From Takakia lepidozioides (Eukaryota; Plantae; Bryophyta), in the NCBI GenBank assembly GCA_030704615.1, contig CM060733.1, positions 21,824,001-21,888,000 on the forward strand: a stretch of 64,000 bases of DNA. Reading direction: 5' to 3'. The notes under the pieces are model-generated. The model was not told where the DNA came from, ran no database searches, and saw nothing but the letters and a program-made list of their open reading frames with translations. Shown here in pieces: positions 62,801 through 64,000 of the stretch. The position numbers and the translations under genes were made by a program. Position 1 is the stretch's first letter; every line of letters begins with the position of its first letter.

Positions 62801-63772
62801 TGTTATATAGTCTATAGGCTTCCTAGTCTGGCATGCGGGAAAACACACTTCTTTGACTTGCATACACAGCTCAGGTGCTGGGCCGTGTGAGGAGGAGACG
62901 TTGTAATTGTCATCCCTTTTGCAGTCCAGGCTCTAACTTAAGATCGCACAGGCTGTATGCTGCATCGTCTATGTCTGGTTCCACATTAGGTGTCCAGGCA
63001 AAGCACCGAGCGTGCAGCCAGGCAGGTCGTAAGCTTAGATGCTGCCGTTCTTGAGCACTGGATAGATAGACTGGGCCAAGGAGGCGGGCTGGAAGAGCAA
63101 TGTTGAATGTTGTCCGGCACTCGTAGGTTTCAGAGGAGCAGAGGGAACTGGAGGGAGGGAGTGGCTGGATAGATATGGCTACCAATGGAAGAGGCTTTGG
63201 TTCTCCTAATGTGATGGTAATGCGAAGTGAGAACAGCTCCACGGACACATTGGTGGCAATGCTTGCTTCTTGCTCTCCTGTCGCACTCCAAGGTCTGTGA
63301 AAGCTTTTGATCATGGCCCTTTCCTGAGCAGATGTAGACTGTCGTCTGGCTGCAAGGCCTGGATAAGTGCTATTAGTTGATTGAGTGAGCTTAGAAGAGT
63401 TTGAAGGAAATCTGCTTTGAAGAGACCTGTTAACACCATCTCCTACACTTGCAGCCACTCCCGCCAGCTTACGTGTGGCTTCCCTAAGAGAATTCTACGA
63501 TTGCAAGGAAATCCTGTAGAGGTGTTCCGGTTGGCCAGAGCGTAGGTCGATCTACAGGATGATATGTAGTAAATGAGATTGCGTCGAAGCACTTATAACG
63601 TCTGGATGTGAATCGATGTTAGCACACCAAAGACACCTCTCTCACCTAGCGACTTATGCCTCTCATAGAACTTGAACACAAAAAACTAAATGTGAACTCA
63701 TCAGAAATTAGGCACATCTGTGTTAGTGCCTCTCCAAATGGACTTCTTCATCTTCTTCTTCGTCTGCTTTTT

Positions 63773-63798
63773 TCTCTCTCTCTCTCTCTCTCTCTCTC
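63773..63798. repeat. (TC)n microsatellite
   Basis: Direct reading. Confidence 0.9.
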
Positions 63799-64000
63799 CT
63801 TTCCATTCTATGTATTCGTCAATTGACCAGGGTGACTGGCGTCGTGTGCAGTATCTCGATCAGTTGGAGGGCTGGAAGATGCAGTTGTCGGGTGTGGACA
63901 GAAGCGCTCCTTTTATCCCACATTTGAAGCTTCAGTGGAGGAGCCAGGGGATGATGATGCGGGAGATGATTGTACGCACAATGTGGAGAAGAAAAGGAGG

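Noticed and set aside
62910-63458. 182-aa ORF as a gene
   Set aside because: Non-ATG start, no recognisable domain and no supportable exon structure.

Overview
Eukaryotic, intron-containing land-plant genomic DNA, probably a non-seed plant such as a bryophyte (an inference from protein divergence and repeat types). The first ~24 kb is gene-rich: a RAD21/SCC1 cohesin kleisin gene (- strand, runs off the left edge), a plastid-type pterin-4a-carbinolamine dehydratase-like gene (-) with a probable GC-AG intron, an intron-retaining RPS24 pseudogene (+) whose second exon is split by a captured fragment of the D-aminoacyl-tRNA deacylase DTD2/GEK1 gene, and an intact 5-exon divergent profilin-like gene (+). 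About 24-57 kb is mostly transposon-derived. It holds an internally deleted PIF/Harbinger (Pong-like) element, a TTAA-flanked piggyBac-like MITE, a solo LTR, duplicated LINE fragments, an LTR-element 3' end with a decayed extra ORF, a non-autonomous Helitron and three tRNA-derived SINE families. It also holds a three-level nest (SINE < hAT element < full-length chromoviral Ty3/gypsy) with all three TSD pairs intact. I could not assign 57-64 kb. All homology calls are by eye or from recall; no database searches were run.
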